A DNA stretch of 64,000 bases from assembly GCA_965205535.1 (NCBI GenBank), contig CBDBHH010000005.1, positions 88,151-152,150 of the forward strand, in the 5' to 3' direction. The stretch comes from Alphaproteobacteria bacterium (GTDB lineage: Bacteria; Pseudomonadota; Alphaproteobacteria; UBA6615). Of this stretch, positions 38,601-52,051 are shown one piece after another (within the stretch, counting starts at the first letter, position 1; each line of letters starts with the position of its first letter). The position numbers were made by a program, and so were the translations under genes. The notes beneath the pieces are model-generated. The model was given only the letters and a program-made list of their open reading frames with translations. It did not search any database and was not told where the DNA came from.

Positions 38601-41600
38601 TCGTTGCGGTGAAGTCAGTCGCCGACGCCGTCCCTGTTGCGGTGGCATAATCCACCACCACCGCCGAGCCCGGTGAGCCCGACAAGGTCACCGTGAAGGT
38701 GGCATCATCGCCTTCGTTCACGTTGCCGGTGGGCCCGGCAATCGACACCGTCGCCGTGCCCGCCGCCCCAATCGTCGCCGTCGCCGTCGCCGTGCCCAGG
38801 CTGAAGCCTGTGAACGAAGGCGATGCTGTTCGCGCTTCACGGTCGCCTTGTCGAAACTCTCGTCGCCTTCCACAATGCTGTCGGTTAACACCGGCACGGT
38901 GAAGGTCTGGGTCAGATCGGTCGTGTTCGCCACAAAGGTCAGCGTGCCGCTCGTTGCGGTGAAGTCAGTCGCCGACGCCGTCCCTGTTGCGGTGGCATAA
39001 TCCACCACCACCGCCGAGCCCGGTGAGCCCGACAAGGTCACCGTGAAGGTGGCATCATCGCCTTCGTTCACGTTGCCGGTGGGCCCGGCAATCGACACCG
39101 TCGCCGTGCCCGCCGCCCCAATCGTCGCGGTGTCGATTGCCGGGCCCACCGGCAACGTGAACGAAGGCGATGATGCCACCTTCACGGTGACCTTGTCGGG
39201 CTCTCGTCGGGCTCCACGGTGCTGGTCGGATTATGCCACCGCAACAGGGACGGCGTCGGCGACTGACTTCACCGCAACGAGCGGCACGCTCTTTGTGGCG
39301 AACACGACCGATCTGACCCAGACCTTCACCGTGCCGGTGTTAACCGACAGCATTGTGGAAGGCGACGAGAGTTTCACGGCGACCCTGAGCGCGAACAGCT
39401 CGAACCCGCTGCCGACAGGCTTCAGCCTGGGCACGGCGACGGCGACGGCGACGATTGGGGCGGCGGGCACGGCGACGGTGTCGATTGCCGGGCCCACCGG
39501 CAACGTGAACGAAGGTTCGATGCTGTTCGCGCTCAGGGTCGACCGTCGGGCTCTCGTCGGCCTTCCACAATGCTGTCGGTTAACACCGGCACGGTGAAGG
39601 TCTGGGTCAGATCGGTCGTGTTCGCCACAAAGGTCAGCGTGCCGCTCGTTGCGGTGAAGTCAGTCGCCGACGCCGTCCCTGTTGCGGTGGCATAATCCAC
39701 CAGCACCGCCGAGCCCGGTGAGCCCGACAAGGTCACCGTGAAGGTGGCATCATCGCCCGTTCACGTTGCCGGTGGGCCCGGCGATCGGCACCGTCGCCGT
39801 GCCCGCCGCCCCATCGTCGCCGTCGCCGTCGCCGTGCCGGGCCCACCGGCAACGTGAACGAAGGCGATGATGCCACCTTCACGGTGCCGTGGGCTCTCGT
39901 CGCCTTCCACAATGGTGTCGGTTAACACCGGCACAGGTGAAGGTCGTCGGCAGATCGGTCGTGTTCGCCGCAAAGGTCAGCGGCCGCTCGTTGCGGTGAA
40001 AGTCAGTCGCCGACGCCTTCACCGTTGCGGTGGCATAATCCACCACCACCGCCGAAGCCCGGTGAGCCCGACAAGGTCACCGTGAAGGTGGCAGCATCGC
40101 CTTCGTTCACGTTGCCGGTGGGCCCGGCGACGGCGACGTCGACGATTGGGGCGGCGGGCACGGCGACGGTGTCGTTGCCGTGCCCACCGGCAACGTGAAC
40201 GAAGGCGATGATGCCACCTTCACGGTGACCTTGTCGGGCTCACCGGGCTCGGCGGTGGTGGTGGATTATGCCACCGCAACAGGGACGGCGTCGGCGACTG
40301 ACTTCACCGCAACGAGCGGCACGCTGACCTTTGTGGCGAACACGACCGATCTGACCCAGCCTTCACCGTGCCGGTGTTAACCGACAGCATTGTGGAAGGC
40401 GACGAGAGTTTCACGGTCGACCGTGAAGCGCGAACATCTCGCCTTCGCTGCCACAGGCTTGCCTGGGCACGGCAACGACGACGGCGACGTGGGGCGGCGG
40501 GCACGGCGACGGTCGTCGTTGCCGTGCCCACCGGCTGAACTGTCGGCAGCGAAGGCGATGCTGTTCGCGCTTCAGGGTCGACCGTCGGGCTCTCGTCGCC
40601 TTCCACAATGCTGGTGGATTATGCCACCGGCACGGTGACGGCGTCGGCAGATCGGTGACTTCGCCGCAAGGTCAGCGTGCCGCTGACCGTTGTGGTGAAC
40701 ACGTCAGATCGCCGACGACCTTCACCGTTGCCGGTGGCATAACCGACACCACCGCCGAAGCCCGACGAGAGCCCACGGTCACCGTGAGCGCGAACAGCTC
40801 GAACCCGTGCCGACAGGCTTCAGCCTGGGCACGGCGACGGCGACGGCGACGATTGGGGCGGCGGGCACGGCGACGGTCGTCGATCGCCGGGCCCAGGCAA
40901 CGTGAGCGAAGGCGATGATGCCACCTTCACGGTCGACCTTGTGGGCTCACCGCCTTCCACAATGCTGTCGGTTAACACCGGCACGGTGAAGGTCTGGGTC
41001 AGATCGGTCGTGTTCGCCACAAAGGTCAGCGTGCCGCTCGTTGCGGTGAAGTCAGTCGCCGACGCCGTCCCGTGCGGTGGCATAATCCACCACCACCGCC
41101 GAGCCCGGTGAGCCCGACAAGGTCACCGTGAAGGTGGCATCATCGCCTTCGTTCACGTTGCCGGTGGGCCCGGCAATCGACACCGTCGCCGTGCCCGCCG
41201 CCCCAATCGTCGCCGTCGCCGTCGCCGTGCCCAGGCTGAAGCCTGTCGGCAGCGGGTTCGAGCTGTTCGCGCTCAGGGTCGCCGTGAAACTCACGTCGCC
41301 TTCGGCAATGCTGGTGGATTATGCCACCGGCACGGTGACGGCTCGGTCAGATCGGTCGTGTTCGCCACAAAGGTCAGCGTGCCGCTCGTTGCGGTGAAGT
41401 CAGTCGCCGACGCCGTCCCTGTTGCGGTGGCATAATCCACCACCACCGCCGAGCCCGGTGAGCCCGACAAGGTCACCGTGAAGGTGGCATCATCGCCTTC
41501 GTTCACGTTGCCGGTGGGCCCGGCAATCGACACCGTCGCCGTGCCCGCCGCCCCAATCGTCGCCGTCGCCGTCGCCGTGCCCAGGCTGAAGCCTGTCGGC

Positions 41601-44600
41601 AGCGGGTTCGAGCTGTTCGCGCTCAGGGTCGCCGTGAAACTCTCGTCGCCTTCCACAATGCTGTCGGTTAACACCGGCACGGTGAAGGTCTGGGTCAGAT
41701 CGGTCGTGTTCGCCACAAAGGTCAGCGTGCCGCTCGTTGCGGTGAAGTCAGTCGCCCACGCCGTCCCTGTTGCGGTGGCATAATCCACACCACCGCCGAG
41801 CCCGAGAGCCCGACAAGGTCACCCTGAAGGCGCATCAGCTCGTTCCCGCTGCCGACGCTTCAGCCTGGGCCCGGCAACGACACCGTCGCCGTGCCCGCCG
41901 CCCCAATCGTCGCCGTCGCCGTCGCCGTGCCCAGGCTGAAGCCTGTCGGCAGCGGGTTCGAGCTGTTCGCGCTCAGGGTCGCCGTGAAACTCTCGTCGCC
42001 TTCCACAATGCTGTCGGTTAACACCGGCACGGTGAAGGTCTGGGTCAGATCGGTCGTGTTCGCCACAAAGGTCAGCGTGCCGCTCGTTGCGGTGAAGTCA
42101 GTCGCCGACGCCGTCCCTGTTGCGGTGGCATAATCCACCACCACCGCCGAGCCCGGTGAGCCCGACAAGGTCACCGTGAAGGTGGCATCATCGCCTTCGT
42201 TCACGTTGCCGGTGGGCCCGGCAATCGACACCGTCGCCGTGCCCGCCGCCCCAATCGTCGCCGTCGCCGTCGCCGTGCCCAGGCTGAAGCCTGTCGGCAG
42301 CGGGTTCGAGCTGTTCGCGCTCAGGGTCGCCGTGAAACTCTCGTCGGGATCCACAATGCTGTCGGTTAACACCGGCACGGTGAAGGTCTGGGTCAGATCG
42401 GTCGTGTTCGCCACAAAGGTCAGCGTGCCGCTCGTTGCGGTGAAGTCAGTCGCCGACGCCGTCCCTGTTGCGGTGGCATAATCCACCACCACCGCCGAGC
42501 CCGGTGAGCCCGACAAGGTCACCGTGAAGGTGGCATCATCGCCTTCGTTCACGTTGCCGGTGGGCCCGGCAATCGACACCGTCGCCGTGCCCGCCGCCCC
42601 AATCGTCGCCGTCGCCGTCGCCGTGCCCAGGCTGAAGCCTGTCGGCAGCGGGTTCAAGCTGTTCGCGCTCAGGGTCGCCGTGAAACTCTCGTCGCCTTCC
42701 ACAATGCTGTCGGTTAACACCGGCACGGTGAAGGTCTGGGTCAGATCGGTCGTGTTCGCCACAAAGGTCAGCGTGCCGCTCGTTGCGGTGAAGTCAGTCG
42801 CCGACGCCGTCCCTGTTGCGGTGGCATAATCCACCACCACCGCCGAGCCCGGTGAGCCCGACAAGGTCACCGTGAAGGTGGCATCATCGCCTTCGTTCAC
42901 GTTGCCGGTGGGCCCGGCAATCGACACCGTCTCCGAAATCGCCGCTCCAATGCTGACCGCTTGGCTGGTCAGTCTTTCATTGTTGCCGGCATCGTCGGTA
43001 AAGCTGACCCGTACCTCAATATCCGCTCCTAAATTCGTAGCCGTCAAGGCGAGGGTCGGCGAGGTCTCCCCGCTAAGGGTCCCGCCATCCTCCAGCCATT
43101 GGTAGGTGAAAGTCGTGTTGGTAAGGCCATCGGGATCGGTAATGCCGCTGGTGTTTGCCGTCAGGGTCGCCCCCACCCGGGGCGTACCGCTAATGGTCGG
43201 CAATCCGCCGGGCGCGTCATCGACCGGGTTAACGGTCACGGTTGCCGTGGCGGGCGGGGCACTGAAGTCGGTGCCGTCGGAGACGCTGAAGGTGAAGGTC
43301 GCATCGCCGTTGACATTGGTGACCGGGGTATAGACCAGAGTCGGAATATCGGCAACGGCAATCACCTGGGCAATGTTAACCGGCGTAGCGCTCGCGCCCG
43401 TGCCCAGCGCCAGACTGCCGTCGGCGCTGTCGGGCAGGCTATCGATGCGCACCGCTGTCAGGCTATCGCCGCTGTCGGTATCGGTAAAGGGGAAGTTAGC
43501 CACCGTAAAGGTATAGTCGGTATCCTCGTTTGTGGTGACCGTGAACGCGCTGGTGGTGGGCGGGTTATTGGCGGCACTGGTCACTTCAATGTTAAAGCTC
43601 AGTGAATCCGTGTCATTGAACTCATTCGTCGCGGTGTAGGTCAGGTTAAAGGTCCCGTCTTGTGTCGGCGTACCAGACAGTATTCGGCTGGTAGCATTAA
43701 AGGCCAGTCCAGCCGGCAGAGGAGTCAGCGTATAGGTATTGGTACTCGGCAATGAATCGGGCCCCCCCCGCGCCTCGGGCAAAGTTACAGGCGTAATTGC
43801 ATTGCCCTCGCTGAAGGTCTGATTGGCGATGGTTGCCTGAAACAGCGGTCTGATAAAGATTCTGACGGTTGCGGGGTCGGACGATTCCTGCCCGTCATTA
43901 ACGGTCAACCTGAAAGTGTACGAGGCCGGGTTAGCCGGTATCACGGCTGGAATGATGAAGGTTGGCCGTGCGGTTGTCGTACTGCTTAAAGTCACTTCGG
44001 TGGGGCCGGCAGTCCGTTCCCAGAGATAGATCAGGGCTGAATTATCGCCGTCAGGATCTCTACTGCCCGTGCCATCAAGCGTGACTTCTGTGCCCTTGCT
44101 CACCCGCTGATTTGCACCGGCATTGGCGATGGGCGGGACATTGGTGCCAGCGGTGGCGGTGACTGCGATGGCGAAGGGGCTAAGGGCTACCGGCGTGGTG
44201 ATGATGTTATCGGTGACGCTGATGATGATATTTTCGTGGTTGCCAACATCGGTGCTGGCAGGCGTGCCGGTCAAGGCCCCGGTCGTTTCGTCGAAATTAG
44301 CCCAGCTTGGCGTACTGCTGATGGCGTATTCCAGCGTGTCGCCATCCACATCATCGCCGCGCGGCGTGAAACTATAGCCCTCCCCTTGCACCACGGTTTT
44401 GTCGGGGAGGCCGACGATGGTGGGCGCGTCATTGACCGGAGTAACGGTCACGGTTGCCGTGGCGGGCGCGGTACTGAAGTCAGTGCCGTCGGAGACGCTG
44501 AAGGTGAAGGTCGCATCGCCGTTGACATTGGTGACCGGGGTATAGACCAGAGTCGGAATATCGGCAACGGCAATCACCTGGGCAATGTTAACCGGCGTAG

Positions 44601-47600
44601 CGCTCGCGCCCGTGCCCAGCGCCAGACTGCCGTCGGCGCTGGCGGGCAGGCTATCGATGCGCACCGCTTGCAGGCTATCGCCGCTGTCCACATCGTTAAA
44701 GGTGAAGTCCGCCACCGCAAAGGTATGGGTGGTGTCCTCAGCAGTCGTGGCCGTCAGATTGCCGGTGGTGGGCGCGTCATTGACCGGAGTAACGGTCACG
44801 GTTGCCGTGGCGGGCGGGGCACTGAAGTCGGTGCCGTCGGAGACGCTGAAGGTGAAGGTCGCATCGCCGTTGACATTGGTGACCGGGGTATAGACCAGAG
44901 TCGGAATATCGGCAACGGCAATCACCTGGGCAATGTTAACCGGCGTAGCGCTCGCGCCCGTGCCCAGCGCCAGACTGCCGTCGGCGCTGGCGGGCAGGCT
45001 ATCGATGCGCACCGCTTGCAGGCTATCGCCGCTGTCCACATCGTTAAAGGTGAAGTCCGCCACCGCAAAGGTATGGGTGGTGTCCTCAGCAGTCGTGGCC
45101 GTCAGATTGCCGGTGGTGGGCGCGTCATTGACCGGAGTAACGGTCACGGTTGCCGTGGCGGGCGGGGCACTGAAGTCGGTGCCGTCGGAGACGCTGAAGG
45201 TGAAGGTCGCATCGCCGTTGACATTGGTGACCGGGGTATAGACCAGAGTCGGAATATCGGCAACGGCAATCACCTGGGCAATGTTAACCGGCGTAGCGCT
45301 CGCGCCCGTGCCCAGCGCCAGACTGCCGTCGGCGCTGTCGGGCAGGCTATCGATGCGCACCGCTTGCAGGCTATCGCCGCTGTCCACATCGTTAAAGGTG
45401 AAGTCCGCCACCGCAAAGGTATGGGTGGTGTCCTCAGCAGTCGTGGCCGTCAGATTGCCGGTGGTGGGCGCGTCATTGACCGGAGTAACGGTCACGGTTG
45501 CCGTGGCGGGCGGGGCACTGAAGTCGGTGCCGTCGGAGACGCTGAAGGTGAAGGTCGCATCGCCGTTGACATTGGTGACCGGGGTATAGACCAGAGTCGG
45601 AATATCGGCAACGGCAATCACCTGGGCAATGTTAACCGGCGTAGCGCTCGCGCCCGTGCCCAGCGCCAGACTGCCGTCGGCGCTGTCGGGCAGGCTATCG
45701 ATGCGCACCGCTTGCAGGCTATCGCCGCTGTCCACATCGTTAAAGGTGAAGTCCGCCACCGCAAAGGTATGGGTGGTGTCCTCAGCAGTCGTGGCCGTCA
45801 GATTGCCGGTGGTGGGCGCGTCATTGACCGGAGTAACGGTCACGGTTGCCGTGGCGGGCGGGGCACTGAAGTCGGTGCCGTCGGAGACGCTGAAGGTGAA
45901 GGTCGCATCGCCGTTGACATTGGTGACCGGGGTATAGACCAGAGTCGGAATATCGGCAACGGCAATCACCTGGGCAATGTTAACCGGCGTAGCGCTCGCG
46001 CCCGTGCCCAGCGCCAGACTGCCGTCGGCGCTGGCGGGCAGGCTATCGATGCGCACCGCTTGCAGGCTATCGCCGCTGTCCACATCGTTAAAGGTGAAGT
46101 CCGCCACCGCAAAGGTATGGGTGGTGTCCTCAGCAGTCGTGGCCGTCAGATTGCCGGTGGTGGGCGGGGTGTTACTGCCCGCATCGCCCCGAATGGTCGC
46201 CTTGGCGCTGGTGGCCGACGGGTTGAGGATGAAAGTTGGCGGCAGGGTGGAACCGTCGGCCACCGTCAGGGTCAGCGTGAATGTCTCGTTGCCCTCGGTC
46301 TCGTTATCCGCCGTTATGGGCACTGTGATGCCCGCGGTCAGGTTGTTGTTGCTGGCAAAGCTCAGCACGCCGCTGGTCGGCGTGAAATCATTCTCCTGGG
46401 CGCTGTCGTCGCCCTCAATGGAGGTGCTATAGAATATTTGGAACGAGCGCTCCGGCAAAGCCGACAGGGTTACGGTGAAGATGGCATCATCGCCCTCGTC
46501 CACCGTACCGCTCTCCCCGGTCAGGGATATCGTATGGGGCTCATTGAGGATAGCCGCCGTAGGCGCACTGGTTAAGGGCCCCTCGTCGGTGCCGTCGGCA
46601 TCGGTATATTCCACGCTCACGGTGATTTGAGCGCCCACATCGTCCGCGGTCAGGGTGTAGATTAAAGAAGTCGCGCCGCTGATGGCTTCGGTCGTGGTTC
46701 CGTCGCCCCGGTTCCATTGATAGGTGAATGGCAGGACATTCGGGCCATCGACATCGTCGATGTCGAAGGTATTGGCGATCAGATTCTCGCCCCGCACCGG
46801 CGCGCCGGCGATGGTCACCGTGCCGCTGGGCGGGTCATTGACCGCGTTCACGGTCAGGGTTGCCGTGGCGGGCGCGGCACTGAAATCAGTGCCATCGGAG
46901 ACGCTGAAGGTGAAAGTCACCTCGCCGTTGGCATTGGCCACCGGGGTATAGACCAGAGTCGGGATATCGGCAACGGCAATCACCTGGTCCACGGCGACCG
47001 CTGTGCCGTTCAGCGCCAGGCTGCCGCTGGCGCTGTCGGGCAGGCTATCGATGCGCACCTGTTGCAGGCTATCGCCGCTGTCGGTATCGGCAAAATTAAA
47101 CTGGGCGGCCGCAAAAGTATGGCTGTCATCCTCGTCCAGCGTGACATTCAGCCCGCTTGAGGTGGGCCGGTTGCTGGTCCTGAGATTGAGGGTTCGGGTC
47201 AGCGTGGTGGTGGAGTAGGTGGAACCACCATCGTAACTTACCTCAGCGATGAGTTGAATCTGGCGCCCGCCGGTACCGGCGGGTGCTGAAAAGGTGACGT
47301 GCCGGAGTAGACCACGCCACCTCGCTGGGTCTCGGGCAGTGTCGGTGTTCGCATTGGCGGAGAACAGAATATGTGGCGCTGTGCCGGCAGTGGCACCGGT
47401 GTTGGCAGACACCGAATAGCCGGTACTGTTCGCACCAGCACCAAGACCCGTGGTATCGCCGTCGTCCAGATCACCCGGGTTCAGGACTCGTATTCTAAAG
47501 ACATTCGGCTCGCCGCTCACGCTCAGGTCGGGAAAGATCACCACCGGATTACCCCCCGGCGTGAGGGGAAGGAGCGTTGTGGTGCCGTTCAGGTCAGCGG

Positions 47601-50600
47601 ACACCGCCGCCGTGGGCGCGCTGGTCAATGGCCCCTCGGCGTTGCCCTCCGCATCGGTATAGCGCACGGACACGGTGATCCGCTCACCCAAATCGTCCCC
47701 GCTCAGGGTGTAGGTTGCAGTGGTCGCGCCGCTGATGGCCGTGTCGGTGGATCCAGACCGCGTATTCCATTGATAGGTGAATTGCAGGCTGGCAGGGCCA
47801 TCATCATCGGTAATGGCCGAGGTATCCGCCGTCAGGGTCGCGCCCTGGGTCGCCGTGCCGACGATGCGCACCACGCCGGTGGGGCCAAGATTGCCATCGG
47901 CGACCTCCGCCGTGGGCGCGCTGGTCAGTGGCCCCACTTCAATGCCATTCGCATCGGTATAGCGCACGCTCACGGTGATTCGCCGGCCCACTTCGGCCTG
48001 GCGCAGGAGGTAGCTGCGGTTGGTCGCGCCGACGATTTCCGCGTTGGTGGTTCCGTCGTTTGCGAACCATTGATAGGTGAAGGTGGACCCCGGTTGCGGG
48101 TTATTGTCAATGGCCGAGGTATCCGCCACCAGGGGCTCGCCCTGGGTCGGCGTGCCCCTGATGACCACCGGCGGCTCGCCACTCACCGGCCCAACGGGGT
48201 CGCTCCTCAGGCTTTCATTTCTGCCACCAGTGGGGGTAGCCGTATCCTCGTAGCTGACTGTGACGGTGATGAGTTGGCCGGCATCGTCCGCCGTCAGGCG
48301 GTAGCTGCGCTCGGTGGCGCCGGCAATATCAAAGAGATTGCGCTGCCATTGATAGTCGAAGGTGGAGGCAGCGGGCAGACCATCGGGATCGCCCAGGGTG
48401 TCAGTGTTCGCCGTCAAGGTCGCGCCCAGGAGCGGGGTGCCGGTGATGCGCACCGCGCCGGTGGGCGGGGAGTTTGGCTGTATGTTGACAGTCACCCTGG
48501 CCGAGTGGGAAAGGCCGGCGGTGTCGGTTACCGTCAGTTCAAACTCGGCACTCGTATTAACACGAGGGTCATCTGTTGATGGCGGCGCCGTGAAGCTGGC
48601 CATGGGCGTGCCGGCTCCGTCCAGGGGAATCCTTTCGCTAAAGAAACCACCTATTAGATGCCGCCAGCGATAGGTCAGGGTCGCGGTTTGGCCTAAGTCG
48701 GGGTCGAAACTGCTGCTGCCGTCCAGGGTGACCGTATCGCCCGAAAAGACGGTCTGGTTGCCAGGCTCGGGGTCAGCAGTCGGGCGACGATTGGGAATAG
48801 GCGCCTGAGGCAAGAGGACATACTCTACCGTCGCGGTATCCTCCAAACCGTCAGGGTCGGTCACCGTCAAAGAGATGGTCAGAGTATCCGCAAATGATTG
48901 CCGCTGGACTGTAGTGAGTACGGGGGTGGCGATGCTATTATTCGTCACGGTACCCCCTGGGGTGCCGGTGGCCGCGCTCGAAAAAGACCATAGATAGGTC
49001 AGCTCATCGCCATCGGGGTCGGAGCTGCCGCTGCCGTCCAGGGTGGTGCTGATGCCCCCGTCCAGGCCGGTCAGGCCCCCTTCGGTGAGCAACAGCGCCG
49101 GATCAAGAGGCGCGATCACGGCGACCGGCGCAGAGTTCGCCGGCACCACCGGCCCCACGGCCAAACTGGTCACGCGCTCAGCCACCCCCAGATCATCGGT
49201 ATAACGCAGCACCAGGCTAATCCTGGCGTCGATCTGCGCATCGGTCAGCAGGTAGGTGGGGTCGGTCGCGCCGTCAATGGCCGCATTGGTGGTTCCGTCG
49301 TCTGCAAACCATTGATAGGTGAATGCACCCGCCGTACCTGTAGCGGGCAGGCCATCGGCATCGTCAATGGCGCTGGTATCCGCCGTCAGGGTCGCGCCCG
49401 AGCGGGGGTCGCCATCGATGGTCAGGCGACCGGTGGGCGGATTGTTGGAGCCCGATGCGGCGGCGCGAACCCGAACCCGAACCTCGTCCGAGGCAAATCC
49501 ACCGCTTGTATCGGACACCCCCAAGGAAAATACCAACTCGGCATCTTCACTCAGCCCGGTTGGTGCGGGGAATGTCAGTTGCGCGGTGAAGGGATTCGCC
49601 AGAAAAATGTCATGGCCACTGTTGTCGTCCTGACCCCAAAGGTAGCTCAAAGGCCCGGGGGCAGGGCCGGAACTGCCGCGGCCGTCAAGGGTGACGAGAT
49701 CGCCCTCGTCGACCACCTGATCCGCCCCCGCATCGGCGACCAGCGGAGCGGCGGGGCCGGTCACCAGCGAGCCGAAAGTATTGGTTACGCTTTCATCCGC
49801 AGGAGGGGTGCCGAGGTCGGTGTAGCTCACCGTAACGCCGATCCGCAGGCCGACCTCGTCCTCGGTCAGGGTATACGTGCGGGAGGTCGCGCCGGTAATG
49901 GGCGTGTTCGTACCCGGCTCGCTTCCCGTGCCGTCGTTGGTATGCCATTGGTACCGGAAGGTGGACACCGCAGGCAGCCCATCGGCATCGGCCACATTCA
50001 CGGTATCCGCCGTCAGCTCCTGCCCCTGGGCGAACAGCCCACGCACAGTAGGCCTTCCGGTGGGCGGGCTGTTGGTCTCCGCCGCTTCAACGGTGACCTC
50101 GGTGCTGGTCAGCATTTCATTGAAACCGTCATCGTCGGTAAATCTGACCCGTACACTAATATCCGTGCCTAAATTCAAACTCGTCAAGGCGAGAGTCTGC
50201 AAGGTCTGCCCGCTAAGGTTCCCGTCATTCCCCAGCCATTGATAGGTGAAAGTCGTGTTGGTAAGGCCATTGGCATCCGCAATCGCCCCGGTCTCCGCCG
50301 TCAGGGTCTGCCCCACCCGGGGCGTGCCGCTGATCGTCGGAAGCCCCGTCGCCGGGCTGTTGACCGGCGCCGCCGCGCCGATATTGAGGGTTCGGGTCAG
50401 GGTGTCGGGGGAGTCGGAACCAGCAAGACTGTATCGCACCTGAACGAATAATCGAATCTCGCGTGGGCCACTACCGGCGGGTGCCGCAAAGGTGAGGTTC
50501 CTGAGCAAATCCTGCCATCTATCTGCGCCTGGGGGTGTCCCGGACGCAAAACCGCCAAACAATGTATCACTAGAAGTACCTATAATATCGGCGGCGGGAA

Positions 50601-50943
50601 AAAACTGCACCTGAATCCCGCTCGTATTCGGAGTACCGCTGAAGGCCAGGGTATCGCCAGCATTCAAATCATCCGGGTTCTCGACTCTTACTCTCATGAC
50701 TACAGGGTTTGCATCTGCATCGCTCACCGTCAAATCGGGAAAGACCACCACCGCATCACCCCCCGGCGTGACCGCAAGGGGCGTTGTGGTGCCGCTCAGG
50801 TCAGGCGTTTGGGCATTAGCCGGTTGCGCCACCCACAGCAAAGCAAGCAACGCCACCGCGCAGAACCGCAGCCTGGCTAAGAAGCCCGACCCCAAAAAAT
50901 GAAGTGCCGGCGGGAAATATTTCGAAACGGCCATGAAAAGCAT
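35641..50943 (-). CDS. Giant autotransporter-type adhesin B (about 5,100 aa if continuous): Ig-like, PKD, cadherin-like and Calx-beta modules plus beta-barrel; interrupted at about 38810-41880
   Basis: ORF 41860..50943 has the signal peptide but no barrel. ORF 35641..38748 has the barrel but no start or signal. Both are in the same frame, and both end or begin in the same Calx-beta array. Confidence 0.8.
37020..42930 (-). repeat. Array of about 17 Calx-beta units (348 bp, 116 aa)
   Basis: Unit [24 protein letters not shown]...VDYAT..GTA...DF....GTLTF...D.IVEGDESF. Markers at 37301, 37649, 38345, 38693, 39043 ... 41128, 41478, 42176, 42524, 42872. Confidence 0.85.
44425..46164 (-). repeat. 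Five near-identical 348-bp cadherin-like (VNDAP) repeats
   Basis: [18 protein letters not shown]...VTPVNDA x5; related dispersed copies at about 43220-43560 and 46835-47160. Confidence 0.92.
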
Positions 50944-51295
50944 CAGAATTGCCTGCGTTTAGGGACTCGGTTTTAGAATTTTCCGATAAGGATTAGAAAC
51001 AAATCTTGTTAGTCGGAGCTCTTTAGTAAAAGCAATAGCTTATACGTTCCAAATTCATAACATATTTCGGTTATCCCATCTTCATAGCCTCTTAAATATA
51101 TGTGTATGCATCTTTGTTGCTTTCATGACAAGAGGAAATGTCCCGCTGTTTGTTGAAACTTTGAATTAGGGTGGCGTTGCTTCCCCTGAGCCGTAGGCTC
51201 GGGGTGTTCAAACCAAGAAAGGAAGCAACACCATGAAGACGACTACCCCATCCCCCCTTGCACTGGCGACAGCCCCGAGCGGTCCTTTGGCTTGC

Positions 51296-52051
51296 TCATG
51301 TTCGTCTCCATTCGGCATGGACGGTGCAAGCTGAAAGTTGAATTCGGCGGACGGTGATCTTGGCGTCCGAACGATCTACCGCGACAATCGCCGCGAACTT
51401 GCCGTTGGCCTCGCACTCAATCGCCGGGGCGTCGGAGCGAAAGAGGGCCAGAGGCGCTTCATGGATCGTGTCGAAGATGCTGGCCGGGATTTCCAGTAGC
51501 TGGTAGCGGCGCGGCACGTCGGCGGAAGTATCCCGGAAGGCTCGTAACATAATGATCGCCGATACCGCGTCTTGGTATTGGCGAAACAGTTCTCGCATTT
51601 CGTTCCGTCGGGTGGTCGCCGTCCGGGCGTCTTGCACCCCAGGCGGCCTCGGTTAGCTTCGATATGTGCGCGGAATCTTCCTTCAAGCCTTTCGCGGCGG
51701 TCGATTTGAGGGACAAGCGACGCTCCGGCCCCGCATCGGTCTGAACGGTAAGATCGACGAACCTCTGCGTCCGGGAACCCGGTGGATCAAGAGTCCATTC
51801 CACATGCTGGCAGGCATTGCGGAACACGGACTCAAAGGCAGTCAGACCCAACGGTTCCGCCGTGGCGCTATGGTGTACGGAAAGGGCAAGCCCGAAATAC
51901 TCGATCCAAGCGCTGCGCCGGTGAGCCAGGTTCCTTCTTCCCGTATGTCAGCACTCGGCGGATTAGACAGCGAATCCACGACCGTTGCGACAAACTCGAT
52001 TTGAGCTGGCGAAAACGAGTCGAGCCGCGCCTTGAGATCATTGAGGGTCAA
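51296..52051 (-). pseudogene. SmaI-family restriction endonuclease, frameshifted
   Basis: Fragments in different frames: LSLKSTAAKGLKEDSAHISKLTE, YQLLEIPASIF and KITVRRIQLSACTVHAEW resemble R.SmaI motifs as recalled; TTG start overlaps the MTase stop. Confidence 0.7.

Noticed and set aside
44236-46575. 779-aa plus-strand repetitive ORF
   Set aside because: Antisense shadow of the cadherin-like repeats of adhesin B.
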